Shown here in pieces: positions 54,859-64,000 of a stretch of DNA of 64,000 bases. The DNA lies in the IMG/VR virus record IMGVR_UViG_3300018080_000112, positions 79,942-143,941 of that record; one strand, 5' to 3'. The position numbers were made by a program, and so were the translations under genes. Origin of the DNA: a virus. How positions within the stretch are numbered: the first letter of the stretch is position 1; every line of letters begins with the position of its first letter. The notes under the pieces are model-generated. The model was not told where the DNA came from and ran no database searches. It worked only from the letters and a program-made list of their open reading frames with translations.

Positions 54859-57800
54859 TCAAGTCTGGCGACCGACAACAGTCCACGTAGCGGTTGTGTT
54901 ATTCCCGGTGTTGATATAAAGCTTCCCGTTGACCACATCGATCCACAGGGTTCCTTTTCCATAACCGCCAACAGCGGCGGGAACACCGCCCCATGCAAAC
55001 TTTAGATTTCCACCGCCCGTTGGCGACGTGGTGCCTGTGAACGTGACCTCATCATCATCCGCCCCGAGCACAAGACCCTTACCAGCAACGCCAGCATTCC
55101 CGCGTGTTCCTGCACCCGTGGGTATTCCAGCATACATGGAAACATTTCCAGTGGTCCCTGTGGTTGTCGTGCCGGAGTAAATAGATACCGCACCCGTGTC
55201 TCCCGTTCCAAGAGTACCACCAGACACAAGATTCACAGCGCCCGTGTCTGCAGAGTTACCCGCCGGAACAATCGCACCAGAGGAGAACGTTACAACCCCT
55301 GTACCCGAAGATGTGGAAGTTGGAATAATACCGCTATAAATCAAAACAGAACCACTTGCCCCATCAGAGGCACCACTTCCGCCGATACCCGAGGAGATAT
55401 TGATGCCACCACCCGCACCGCCGTTCCCGCCACCGGTTGAATTGCCTCCGATACCACCGAACAGGTAAACAGCACCTCCAGCGCCTCCAGCACCACCCGT
55501 CGCTGTCGCTCCTCCAGCACCACCGTAGAGACGGCTATTACCACCGACACCTCCAGCACCGACCGTTCCTGTCCCGCCAATGCCACCTTGAATAATAGCA
55601 CCCATACCGGCTGTATCATTCGCCGCGACAGAAGACTGAATATAGAACGTTTTTGCATCCGGATTACCAGATGTGAGCGTGCTTCCAATGTGCGTGTAAT
55701 CAGTGCTTGATCCCGTCGCTACATTCGTGAGTCGAATCGGCACGTCATAATGGATATCCATCGCCCGGTCAAGGTTAAGATCATACGCAGACCCGACCTG
55801 TGTTCCATTTGTAGCACCGGATTTTCCAAGGACTGAAATACCGTAATTTGTTCCTGTACTGAGGTTCCAGGAACCCATGGTGGAATAATCGACAATCATT
55901 CCATAATGGAACCCTGTGTAAGTGTCCGTTCCCTCACTATCATCGAACTGAATGTAAAGAACAGGAGCCGTATTTGATGAGTTGTATCGCTCTTGCAGAT
56001 ATAACGTGTTGTCCGCCGCCGCCGTATGCTCAAGCTCGACGGGTCCTGAGTCCACATTGATCTTCTTACCTACGCCCGGACCACCATAATCATAAGCTTG
56101 ATCCAGCGTTCCGCCGCCACCCGTAGAAGCACCGCCGATGATTTGCCAGCCTGCACCCGTATAAGCGTAGAGGTCATCGTTGGTGTCGTCGTAAACAAGG
56201 TCACCTGTTTGCTGATAGGTCGGAATTGTTGGAATGCTTGCCCCGGCATAAGTGGGGACTTGTAAACCTATATTGCGAGTTCCGTTATGGGTTTCCACAA
56301 ACTGGAAATGAGCATAAGAGTACAAGATGGGTTCATCAGAGTTGTTGCCTACGATAACACTTGTCGTCTCTTGATCTGCAATGTAGACAATACCATGATT
56401 ACCGGGAGAACTAGAAACAAGCCCCGCTCCACCACGTACATAAGCATCGCCGCCAGCACCATCCGTCACAGAAAGAGACTCACCACCTTCAAGATAAGCA
56501 TCGCCGCCCGTTCCATCTACGACTCGATTCTGACCGCCTGCAACAAGAGCATCACCAGGAAGATTCCCGGCAACATTCAGCGCGGGTCCGCCAAGCATCG
56601 AAGCATCCCCGGACTGGACACCACCAATTGAATTCTCATCGAATCCACCTAAAATAAGAACAGGACCTCCATCTCCAGGCGAGCCACCACCGGCATAAGC
56701 ACCAGGCGTTCCACCAACGATAGAAACAGGACCACCTGTACCAGAAGTTCCGGAACCGAGAGTTTCTTCGCCACCTTGACCACCAAAAATGGAAACACCA
56801 CCTCCGACAGCAGATGTTGTGTTGTTTGTGTTTCCGATACCGCCTGTACCACCACCTAACTGAATATCACCGCCGCGCTCTGCAATACCACCTGAAGTTG
56901 TAGATGCGTTTCCTCCTGTACCACCCGCTAGAACAACCGTTCCACCAATACCCGCTGGAGTCGAGCCAGAAGCATCTGCGGCGGCTCCTGCACCTATCGC
57001 GATGGTATGACCGAGTTCATCCGCCACAGTGTGCGCAACACACCCCAGTGTCATTTCTCGCGCTGCATTATCCCAATACCAGTAAGCATCCAAACCGGTT
57101 CCGAAATTAGCCTTTATGCCGTCCTCGTGGCGACTGTCAACACCGAATGAGACCCAATTGCTCGAAGCATCAAAGGTCAGATAATCCGTTGCCGTTTCCC
57201 GGATGATAAAAGCACTGGCGTTCCCTGGATCGAGATACATGAGATGTGTAGCGCTCGCCACAGAGCCATAGACGATTGAACTGGTGTGCTGGTTGCCCAG
57301 GTATAGGACACCATCTGTTCCGCCGCCTGCAGTCCCTGCACCACCATCTACATAGGCGTTTCCACCGTTTCCTGTACCACTTGACGAACCACCACGAAGA
57401 TAGGTTGTTCCTCCAGCGGTCGCCGCCCCTGTTGCAGGTCCACCTTCGACCGTTGTCGTACCGGCGGTTCCTGTCGTGACACCACCCGCCGCAACAGACA
57501 AATTTCCGGATGTTCCAGATGTTACACTACCGGATTTCAGGAACACATTCCCGGAGTTTCCAGTTCCCTGATTGTCTCCAGAAGAAAGAGTCAACACACC
57601 AGAAGCATTTGAACCGCTCGTTATAAAGCCTGTGATCAATTGTACTGGATGTGTGGCGGATGTACCTGAAGTAGTGCCAATATCAAACAAATTCGCCGCC
57701 GTAAATACGATGTTACCTTCGTCATTGTCACCAAACGAGGCATACATTCCGTCTTCAAAACGAAGCGCTGTAAGAGATGGATTTGTGTTATCCAGAATAA

Positions 57801-60363
57801 TCGGTCCATCCGTGGCATTGATTACGATTGTGTTCTCAGTGCCTGGGAGACCACTCGCGGCTTGATAATTCGTATTAAGACCCGAAAGACCACTACCACC
57901 CGCTGTATTCCATGCCGCACCATCATAATACTGGATCTCGTCATCTGTGGTGTTGTAAACAATGGAACCAGCTTGCGGAGAAGCAATCGCATTTCGTTGT
58001 GTCGTGGTAAATTCAACAAGGCGAAGATGGGAACCGGATGTTGCCTGACCGACCTCCACACGAGTTGTGTTCGAGTCTCCCAAGTAGACAAGACCATCCG
58101 TCACCCCATCACCACCACGAACATAAGCATTTCCACCAGGACCTCTAGTGCCAGTATAGGCTCCTGAATCCCCTCCTCGGACATATATATGACCCGCAAG
58201 CCCCGGCTCATTATGCGCCCCACCACCTACTTGATCCCCGCCGTCACCACCTTTTATTGTAAGATGTCCGGCATCTCCCGGACGTTCATGACCATCACCG
58301 CCGTCACCAGCGGAGAGAGTCATCGCACCGCCATCGCCAGCCCACAAAGCATTGTTGATGGTGTTTCCATTCCCAGCCTTGACGCTAATGAGACCACCGT
58401 CACCAGATCCGTTCCCCGAATTCGCAGTACCTACAGAGCCGACAATATAAAAACCATAACCAGCTAAGCGAGTGGGGTTCGCCGCTCTTGTGGCTCCTTG
58501 GATTAGGAGACTGTCTGGGCTAGTGGCGGTGTCAAACTTGGCTATAAAGTTCTCGGAGGAAGACCCCCACCGAACGGAAATGTTACTGGCAAGAGTCAGA
58601 CCGTTACTTGTCAGATCAACACCACCACTGATGTCCACGTTGTTCGGGATGGTAACCTGACCATTACCCACAAACGTGATTGGTGGATTGGTCGTGGAGT
58701 TTCCGATGTAGATGTTCCCGGTAGATGAGGCGGGTGTGCCAGAGGTTCCACCTAAATACACGTCCCCGTGGTAGCCACCGGAACCCGTGACTCCCGCACC
58801 TCCGTTAATTTCAACGTTTCCCCCGTAGACGTTAGTGAAGTTCGTGCTGTCACCTACGTCGCCACCAAGAATAAAAACAGCGCCGCCAGGACCCACAGCG
58901 CCGGGGGAGTTGCCACCTTTCCCACCTGATAGTACAACTGATCCGCCGTCTCCGCCCACACCTCCAAACGGATGGGGGCAACTACCGCCCAATCCGCCCG
59001 TTAAGTTAAGGGTGCCACCGTCGCCGCCTCCGTAGTATTGCTCACTTCCTCCACCACCAGTACCGCCAACGAGACTTGTTGGTCCAGCGTTGCCGGGGGC
59101 AGAAACAGTGCTGTAGCCAGGGCTACCTTGGATCAGAGTGCTATACCCCGTTGGGTACACAGTAGTGTGCCCCGCGATCTGGAACTGACTCCCTGTAAAC
59201 CGGATGCTGAAGTCATTGCCTGATCCGAAGTAGACAGGAATGTTATCTGCAGTTGTCATACCTACCGTTGTAAGGTCTAAACCCCCCGTCATGTCTACGT
59301 TAGGAGAGATGGAAATTTGCCCTGCCCCAACAAAATCAACAGGGGGATCACTTGTGAGGCTACCGATTTCTATAGCACTTGTTGTGTGTGCCGATACCCC
59401 ACGCCCAATGTAGATAGCCCCCCCGTCTGTGAGGGAGTCACCAACACCACCGTTGAGGTAGACAGAACCGCCAGTTCCATTTGTCCCGCTTGCCCCTCCT
59501 TGAAGAGTAGCTGACCCACCCGTTGCCACAGTAGTCAAATATGCACCACCAGAACCACCTACAACTTCGACAGCACCACCTACACCGCCCCCTGGTCCAG
59601 CCGCAGAATCACCGCCGTCACCACCCGCCAACGTAAGCAGACCACCGACACCACCAAAATAAGAAGATGTGCAGTCACCGCCGTCGCCTGATTTGATGGT
59701 GGTCGCACCGCCAACACCCGGAGGAGTCGATAAAGTGACGCCATTTGAACCAAGGATGTTGGTGGTGTAGCCTGTACCGCCAGACTGTGCCCCCAGCAAA
59801 TTGAACGTACTTCCATTGAACGTCGCAGAAAAATCATCACCCGTACCAAATGACAACACTTGCGAATCATTGAACCGCATAGCGTCTGTGCTTCCGCCAT
59901 TCGCCAAAATAATCGGTCCATCCGTCGCGTTGATGTCGATCTGATTTTCCGTTCCAGGGAGACCAGACGCCGCCTCATAATTTGTATTCAGACCCGAGAG
60001 ACCACTACCACCCCCTAACGCAACCCACGCAGACCCGTTGTAGACCTTCGGTTCTGTGTCCGAAGTGTTCCACAACAACATCCCCGTCGCTGGAACCAAA
60101 TAAGCCTGTTCCGTATCAGAAAAGCTGGCAAGACGAAGCGTGGACCCACGCTGACCCACGCCCGTCCCTGTACCAGTTTCACCGATCAGTAAGCCCCCTC
60201 CGTTTGCGGTTGAGCGAAGGGATGCCGCTCGTAATTGAGCATCGCCATAATGGATCGTATGACCTCCGGACGTATCGAACTGACCATGTGTATTCACCAC
60301 AGGGTCTGTCGAATGCGTGGCTGTCTCGTTCTTATTAAAGGCTACGCCTAAATATTCCGACAT
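54859..60363 (-). CDS. long Gly-rich tail fibre protein (1834 aa)
   Basis: GG.V.I.GG.G repeats; P..G..VYNTT..IQYYDG..W knob modules; AGGAG RBS. Confidence 0.75.
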   Translation of the reverse strand: MSEYLGVAFNKNETATHSTDPVVNTHGQFDTSGGHTIHYGDAQLRAASLRSTANGGGLLIGETGTGTGVGQRGSTLRLASFSDTEQAYLVPATGMLLWNTSDTEPKVYNGSAWVALGGGSGLSGLNTNYEAASGLPGTENQIDINATDGPIILANGGSTDAMRFNDSQVLSFGTGDDFSATFNGSTFNLLGAQSGGTGYTTNILGSNGVTLSTPPGVGGATTIKSGDGGDCTSSYFGGVGGLLTLAGGDGGDSAAGPGGGVGGAVEVVGGSGGAYLTTVATGGSATLQGGASGTNGTGGSVYLNGGVGDSLTDGGAIYIGRGVSAHTTSAIEIGSLTSDPPVDFVGAGQISISPNVDMTGGLDLTTVGMTTADNIPVYFGSGNDFSIRFTGSQFQIAGHTTVYPTGYSTLIQGSPGYSTVSAPGNAGPTSLVGGTGGGGSEQYYGGGDGGTLNLTGGLGGSCPHPFGGVGGDGGSVVLSGGKGGNSPGAVGPGGAVFILGGDVGDSTNFTNVYGGNVEINGGAGVTGSGGYHGDVYLGGTSGTPASSTGNIYIGNSTTNPPITFVGNGQVTIPNNVDISGGVDLTSNGLTLASNISVRWGSSSENFIAKFDTATSPDSLLIQGATRAANPTRLAGYGFYIVGSVGTANSGNGSGDGGLISVKAGNGNTINNALWAGDGGAMTLSAGDGGDGHERPGDAGHLTIKGGDGGDQVGGGAHNEPGLAGHIYVRGGDSGAYTGTRGPGGNAYVRGGDGVTDGLVYLGDSNTTRVEVGQATSGSHLRLVEFTTTQRNAIASPQAGSIVYNTTDDEIQYYDGAAWNTAGGSGLSGLNTNYQAASGLPGTENTIVINATDGPIILDNTNPSLTALRFEDGMYASFGDNDEGNIVFTAANLFDIGTTSGTSATHPVQLITGFITSGSNASGVLTLSSGDNQGTGNSGNVFLKSGSVTSGTSGNLSVAAGGVTTGTAGTTTVEGGPATGAATAGGTTYLRGGSSSGTGNGGNAYVDGGAGTAGGGTDGVLYLGNQHTSSIVYGSVASATHLMYLDPGNASAFIIRETATDYLTFDASSNWVSFGVDSRHEDGIKANFGTGLDAYWYWDNAAREMTLGCVAHTVADELGHTIAIGAGAAADASGSTPAGIGGTVVLAGGTGGNASTTSGGIAERGGDIQLGGGTGGIGNTNNTTSAVGGGVSIFGGQGGEETLGSGTSGTGGPVSIVGGTPGAYAGGGSPGDGGPVLILGGFDENSIGGVQSGDASMLGGPALNVAGNLPGDALVAGGQNRVVDGTGGDAYLEGGESLSVTDGAGGDAYVRGGAGLVSSSPGNHGIVYIADQETTSVIVGNNSDEPILYSYAHFQFVETHNGTRNIGLQVPTYAGASIPTIPTYQQTGDLVYDDTNDDLYAYTGAGWQIIGGASTGGGGTLDQAYDYGGPGVGKKINVDSGPVELEHTAAADNTLYLQERYNSSNTAPVLYIQFDDSEGTDTYTGFHYGMIVDYSTMGSWNLSTGTNYGISVLGKSGATNGTQVGSAYDLNLDRAMDIHYDVPIRLTNVATGSSTDYTHIGSTLTSGNPDAKTFYIQSSVAANDTAGMGAIIQGGIGGTGTVGAGGVGGNSRLYGGAGGATATGGAGGAGGAVYLFGGIGGNSTGGGNGGAGGGINISSGIGGSGASDGASGSVLIYSGIIPTSTSSGTGVVTFSSGAIVPAGNSADTGAVNLVSGGTLGTGDTGAVSIYSGTTTTGTTGNVSMYAGIPTGAGTRGNAGVAGKGLVLGADDDEVTFTGTTSPTGGGNLKFAWGGVPAAVGGYGKGTLWIDVVNGKLYINTGNNTTATWTVVGRQT

Positions 60364-60405
60364 CGCTCATCTCCTGCAGAGGAAACCTATATATAGTAAA
60401 CCTGA

Positions 60406-63400
60406 TTAGCTTTGTGATCCGACCTTCACCCAAGCATCAGGACTTCCTTCCTGGAAAATCCACATCACGCCGCCTTCATTTCCACCGGTCTGATCAATGT
60501 CGATCCAGATGCTTCCGATACCAGGTGTGCCAGTTGGGTCACCAGATCCCCACACCATGACAATCCCGTTAACGGAGTCAATCACGATCTTCGCAGTCGC
60601 ATTCAGACCCGTGAGGTCAAGCTGGCTCGCTGTGACGTTCACATTCCCTTGCGTACCTGAAGCGGAGGTTCCCGTGGTCAGATTCACATCACCCGAGTCA
60701 CCCGAACCCGCAATCACATTTCCAGTGGCTACTGTGACATCACCAGAGTTTCCAGCCGTTGCTCCTGTATCTACGATACCACTTCGAATCTGGATCGGGT
60801 CCGTTGCAGCTAACCGCGTCACAGTCCCGATATCGAACAACGATCCTGTAAAGTAAATATAACCATCACCACCCGTTCCGAAATCAAGAGCCATGCCGTC
60901 CTGGAACAACATCGCAGTATCAGAACCGTTCGTATTGTCCATGACAATCGAGCCATAAGACGCGGTGTCTATCTCAATTGTGTTGTCATTCTTCTGGTAA
61001 TTCGTGTTGAGACCAGCACCAGCACCCGCCGCGAGCCACCACGTACCATCTGCACGGAACCACAAACCTTCATTACCATCATCATTTCGAACAACCAGGT
61101 CACCATCAGCCGAATTTGTGACATTCGCCACCGCCGCTGTGGTTGTCGGTGCTTGAAGACCCACATTAGCGATGTGACCATCCGTCTCAAGACGACCGTG
61201 GAAAGTTGTTACCGGACGGTCAGTCGTGTTACTGATGTGAATCGCAGAGGTTTTTCCGTTGAAACTGTAACTTCCCTCTGTGTTTGTAAAAACAGATCCT
61301 AAGTAAACAGCACCATCTGTTCCACCGACTGATCTATGATCGCCACCGGCAATGTGAACGTCCCCACTGACACCTGTCGTGCCTGTACCAGCACCACCGG
61401 CTAAGAAAGAATCACCACCATCACCGCCGTTTGCACTGCCACCACCAGCCTCCCCAGCAACAAAGTAGACGTTTCCTCCAGGACCATCATCAAAGGTTGT
61501 ATTTCCATAACCACCAATACCGGCGAAGAATCCAACCCAACCACCGTCTCCTGGTCCGTTTGTACTCGCCGCCGCTGCGCCAGCAAGAGAACCGGCACAC
61601 AAGAAATAACCACCGTCACCCGCAGTTTCACCAGCGGCGGTTCCCGCTGCACCACCACCGGAAGGTTCAAACACAATCCTACCGCCATTTTTTGCGGCTG
61701 TGTTGGAGTGAGCCACATACACAGATGTTCCATCTGGTTGTGTTGTCCACGCAGAAGAAACCGTGGCGAGTCTTGTAGACCCCACATAGTCACTGACAGA
61801 TCGTGTTTGACCTGACCCGGTTCCACTGGTGATTTCTATGTCATACCCGTTGTAAAAATCATCAACATCACTAGCAGTTGCTGCTAATGTAATGGTTGAC
61901 GCACCACCCGCTTGAGCCGTTGCGCTTTCTGACGCAGGACCAGCCGTACCACACTCAACTCCGAAAGACAGACCAGGAGCCTGTACGCGACTCTCAGTGT
62001 CCCCTTGTATTTTAATGTATTTCGTAAACCCGTTGTTCCACCCGGTTATGTGTGGGTCTGTGGAAGCTGTGCTGTTCCAGTAAATATCTGTGTTGTTCTC
62101 CTCAAAGAGAAGACCACCAGACCCCTTCATCGTTGTCAGCGGATTGTCTGTGCTATTTCCGATCTCGATTGCACTGGTGTTCTGATCCGCGATGTACACC
62201 AACCCATCTGTTCCTGTTGGTTGCGTGCCGCCACGGAGATAAATACTACCGGGTGTCCCGCCGCTCAAGGGGTCAGCACCACCCTGAACAAAAACATTTC
62301 CGGCTGTTCCCGCGCCAAGAGTTGAACCACCGATAAGCGAAGCGCTTCCGGCTTGTCCTGTGGTTGTACCACCACCAGCAATCGAAGCTGTTCCAGCACT
62401 CTGAGCAGTAGAATTTCCACCGGACATTGTGACGTTTCCGCCAGCACCTTCCGTACCGCCACTCGCAGAGCCAGCTTGACCGCCATAGATACCGACGTGA
62501 CCACCGGCACCACCTGTGGTTCCAGTGTTTCCATCACCACCTTGACCACCATATATTGTAACGCCACTTCCAGCACCACCGGCTCCTTCACTGGCGAATG
62601 CTGATCCACCTTGACCGCCTTGCAGCAAGAAATCACCAGCATCACCCGCGCCATAACCAGTAACTGCGTTTCCACCATTCCCTAACCAGAATGCAACTGC
62701 GCCGCCCTCACCAGCATCCGCGCCACTGGCAACACCACCGTCTCCCGCCTGGAGATAAAAGTCATCACCAGCCGTCGCCGCCGCCGCTGTAGAACTAATA
62801 ACAGCCAAAGTTCCAGCCGTGGTTCTCTGCATCTGCCAGTTGGTCCCTGTGGATGTACCGAAACCAAGCTTCATATCATTGTTGAAACGGAAGGCTGTGT
62901 TCGATTCTGTCCAGGTCCCTGTGTCAGCGATTGTGATCTCACCATCTGTGTTGTCCATCGAAATGGTGTTATCACCAACTTGGTAATTGGAATTTAATCC
63001 CTCCGCGCCACCGGCGGCTTCTACCCATTGTGTTCCATCATAATATTGAAGGGTGTCTGTGGTTGTGTTGTAAACCATAGAACCAGCTTGGGGAGAACTA
63101 ATCGCATCTCGTTGCACAGTTGTAAATTCAACCAGACGAAGATGAGAGCCAGAAGACGCTTCGCCGACCTCGACACGAGTTGTGTACTGGTCGCCAAGAT
63201 AAACATTTCCATGAGAACCAGCCGCGTTTGACTGACCACCGCGAATTCGAGCATTTCCTATCGTACCAGTGCCAAGCAAGTTCGCGCCGCCATAAACAAG
63301 AGCATCTCCCGCAGTACCAGCCCCTGTCGCCGCACCGCCCCAAAGAAATGCTGACCCCCCAGAACCTGTTGCCGTACTACCACCAACTACAGAAGAACTT

Positions 63401-64000
63401 CCCGCTTGCGAACTTCCAGAAGCACCACCTGCAAGCGACGATAATCCGGCTGTTCCAGAAACAGTAAGACCTGCAGTAATAACAATATCGCCAGACTGCT
63501 GTGTATCTGATTTACCTGCCGTTATAGTAAGCTTACCACCGTCTCCCTCAACACCTGTGCCAGATGACGTTGCGCCGTCTCCGGTTAAGATGTACATCCA
63601 ACCGCCGTCACCGCCTTGTTGCGTTCCAGCACCCGCGCCGCCACTTCCCGAAGTGAGATTAGTAGTGCCTCCGTCACCGCCACGACCATTACCAGAGAAA
63701 GCGACCTGACCGTTGCCTGAACCAAGTGTGGCATTTCCGCCGCCGCCAGCATTCACACCGTTTCCAAAACCACCAATTCCACCGGTAATCGATACCAGAC
63801 CCCCATTCCCTGCAGCTTGAGTAAGTGTTCCGTTACCGCCAGCCCCGGCAACTAAAAAAGCGTCTCCACCTTCGCCGCCGCTACTAGCAGAAGCCACGCC
63901 TCCTTCCTGGGCACTGATATGGATATCGTAACCTTCAGTATCATTAGGAGCATCAGCATCCGCCTCAATAAGTAATCTACGAGGAGAAGTCTGTAACTCC
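60406..64000 (-). CDS. long Gly-rich tail fibre protein, 5' end beyond the window
   Basis: Frame is open from 63999 through the ORF-track GTG at 63897; same modules as 54859..60363. Confidence 0.75.
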   Translation of the reverse strand, partial: ELQTSPRRLLIEADADAPNDTEGYDIHISAQEGGVASASSGGEGGDAFLVAGAGGNGTLTQAAGNGGLVSITGGIGGFGNGVNAGGGGNATLGSGNGQVAFSGNGRGGDGGTTNLTSGSGGAGAGTQQGGDGGWMYILTGDGATSSGTGVEGDGGKLTITAGKSDTQQSGDIVITAGLTVSGTAGLSSLAGGASGSSQAGSSSVVGGSTATGSGGSAFLWGGAATGAGTAGDALVYGGANLLGTGTIGNARIRGGQSNAAGSHGNVYLGDQYTTRVEVGEASSGSHLRLVEFTTVQRDAISSPQAGSMVYNTTTDTLQYYDGTQWVEAAGGAEGLNSNYQVGDNTISMDNTDGEITIADTGTWTESNTAFRFNNDMKLGFGTSTGTNWQMQRTTAGTLAVISSTAAAATAGDDFYLQAGDGGVASGADAGEGGAVAFWLGNGGNAVTGYGAGDAGDFLLQGGQGGSAFASEGAGGAGSGVTIYGGQGGDGNTGTTGGAGGHVGIYGGQAGSASGGTEGAGGNVTMSGGNSTAQSAGTASIAGGGTTTGQAGSASLIGGSTLGAGTAGNVFVQGGADPLSGGTPGSIYLRGGTQPTGTDGLVYIADQNTSAIEIGNSTDNPLTTMKGSGGLLFEENNTDIYWNSTASTDPHITGWNNGFTKYIKIQGDTESRVQAPGLSFGVECGTAGPASESATAQAGGASTITLAATASDVDDFYNGYDIEITSGTGSGQTRSVSDYVGSTRLATVSSAWTTQPDGTSVYVAHSNTAAKNGGRIVFEPSGGGAAGTAAGETAGDGGYFLCAGSLAGAAAASTNGPGDGGWVGFFAGIGGYGNTTFDDGPGGNVYFVAGEAGGGSANGGDGGDSFLAGGAGTGTTGVSGDVHIAGGDHRSVGGTDGAVYLGSVFTNTEGSYSFNGKTSAIHISNTTDRPVTTFHGRLETDGHIANVGLQAPTTTAAVANVTNSADGDLVVRNDDGNEGLWFRADGTWWLAAGAGAGLNTNYQKNDNTIEIDTASYGSIVMDNTNGSDTAMLFQDGMALDFGTGGDGYIYFTGSLFDIGTVTRLAATDPIQIRSGIVDTGATAGNSGDVTVATGNVIAGSGDSGDVNLTTGTSASGTQGNVNVTASQLDLTGLNATAKIVIDSVNGIVMVWGSGDPTGTPGIGSIWIDIDQTGGNEGGVMWIFQEGSPDAWVKVGSQS

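Noticed and set aside
52472-64000. PE-PGRS, collagen or diversity-generating retroelement target
   Set aside because: No PE domain or Gly-X-Y register; no reverse transcriptase or adenine-specific TR/VR pair seen.
1-64000. tRNA or rRNA genes
   Set aside because: No cloverleaf or rRNA signature recognised in the intergenic gaps by eye; tRNAscan-SE would be needed to exclude them.

Overview
This is a 64-kb segment of a large tailed dsDNA (jumbo-type) phage genome. Genes are densely packed and almost all on the minus strand; only nrdJ and one HNH gene are on plus. From ~1-40 kb it carries accessory genes and a full replication/recombination/transcription set: class II RNR, SbcD/Mre11 nuclease, RecA, gp32-type SSB, UvsY-like protein, intein-containing PolA, a sigma factor, CobS/CobT, primase, DnaB-type and UvsW-type helicases and a J-domain protein. 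From ~40-64 kb it carries virion tail/baseplate/fibre genes, interrupted by a disrupted DNA methyltransferase/HNH locus and a bacterioferritin. Main observations: (1) the PolA intein contains a DUF559-type endonuclease gene in the +1 frame while the polymerase frame stays stop-free, giving ~1 kb of dual coding; (2) four otherwise unrelated proteins end in the same ~18-aa C-terminal tag (KxxLxxS[MI][RK][RK]REEx[ST][DE]W-stop); (3) a 13-bp palindrome GTTAGGWCCTAAC occurs 10 times, 9 of them at gene 3' ends; (4) a bipartite promoter GGT-N17-(TG)TGTCTCTA occurs 9 times with invariant spacing; (5) helically phased TCAA-N5-TTGA arrays; (6) a methyltransferase with a duplicated N-terminus, an antisense HNH insertion and an amber codon directly after the catalytic DPP. 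All product calls come from motif recognition by eye; no database searches were run.
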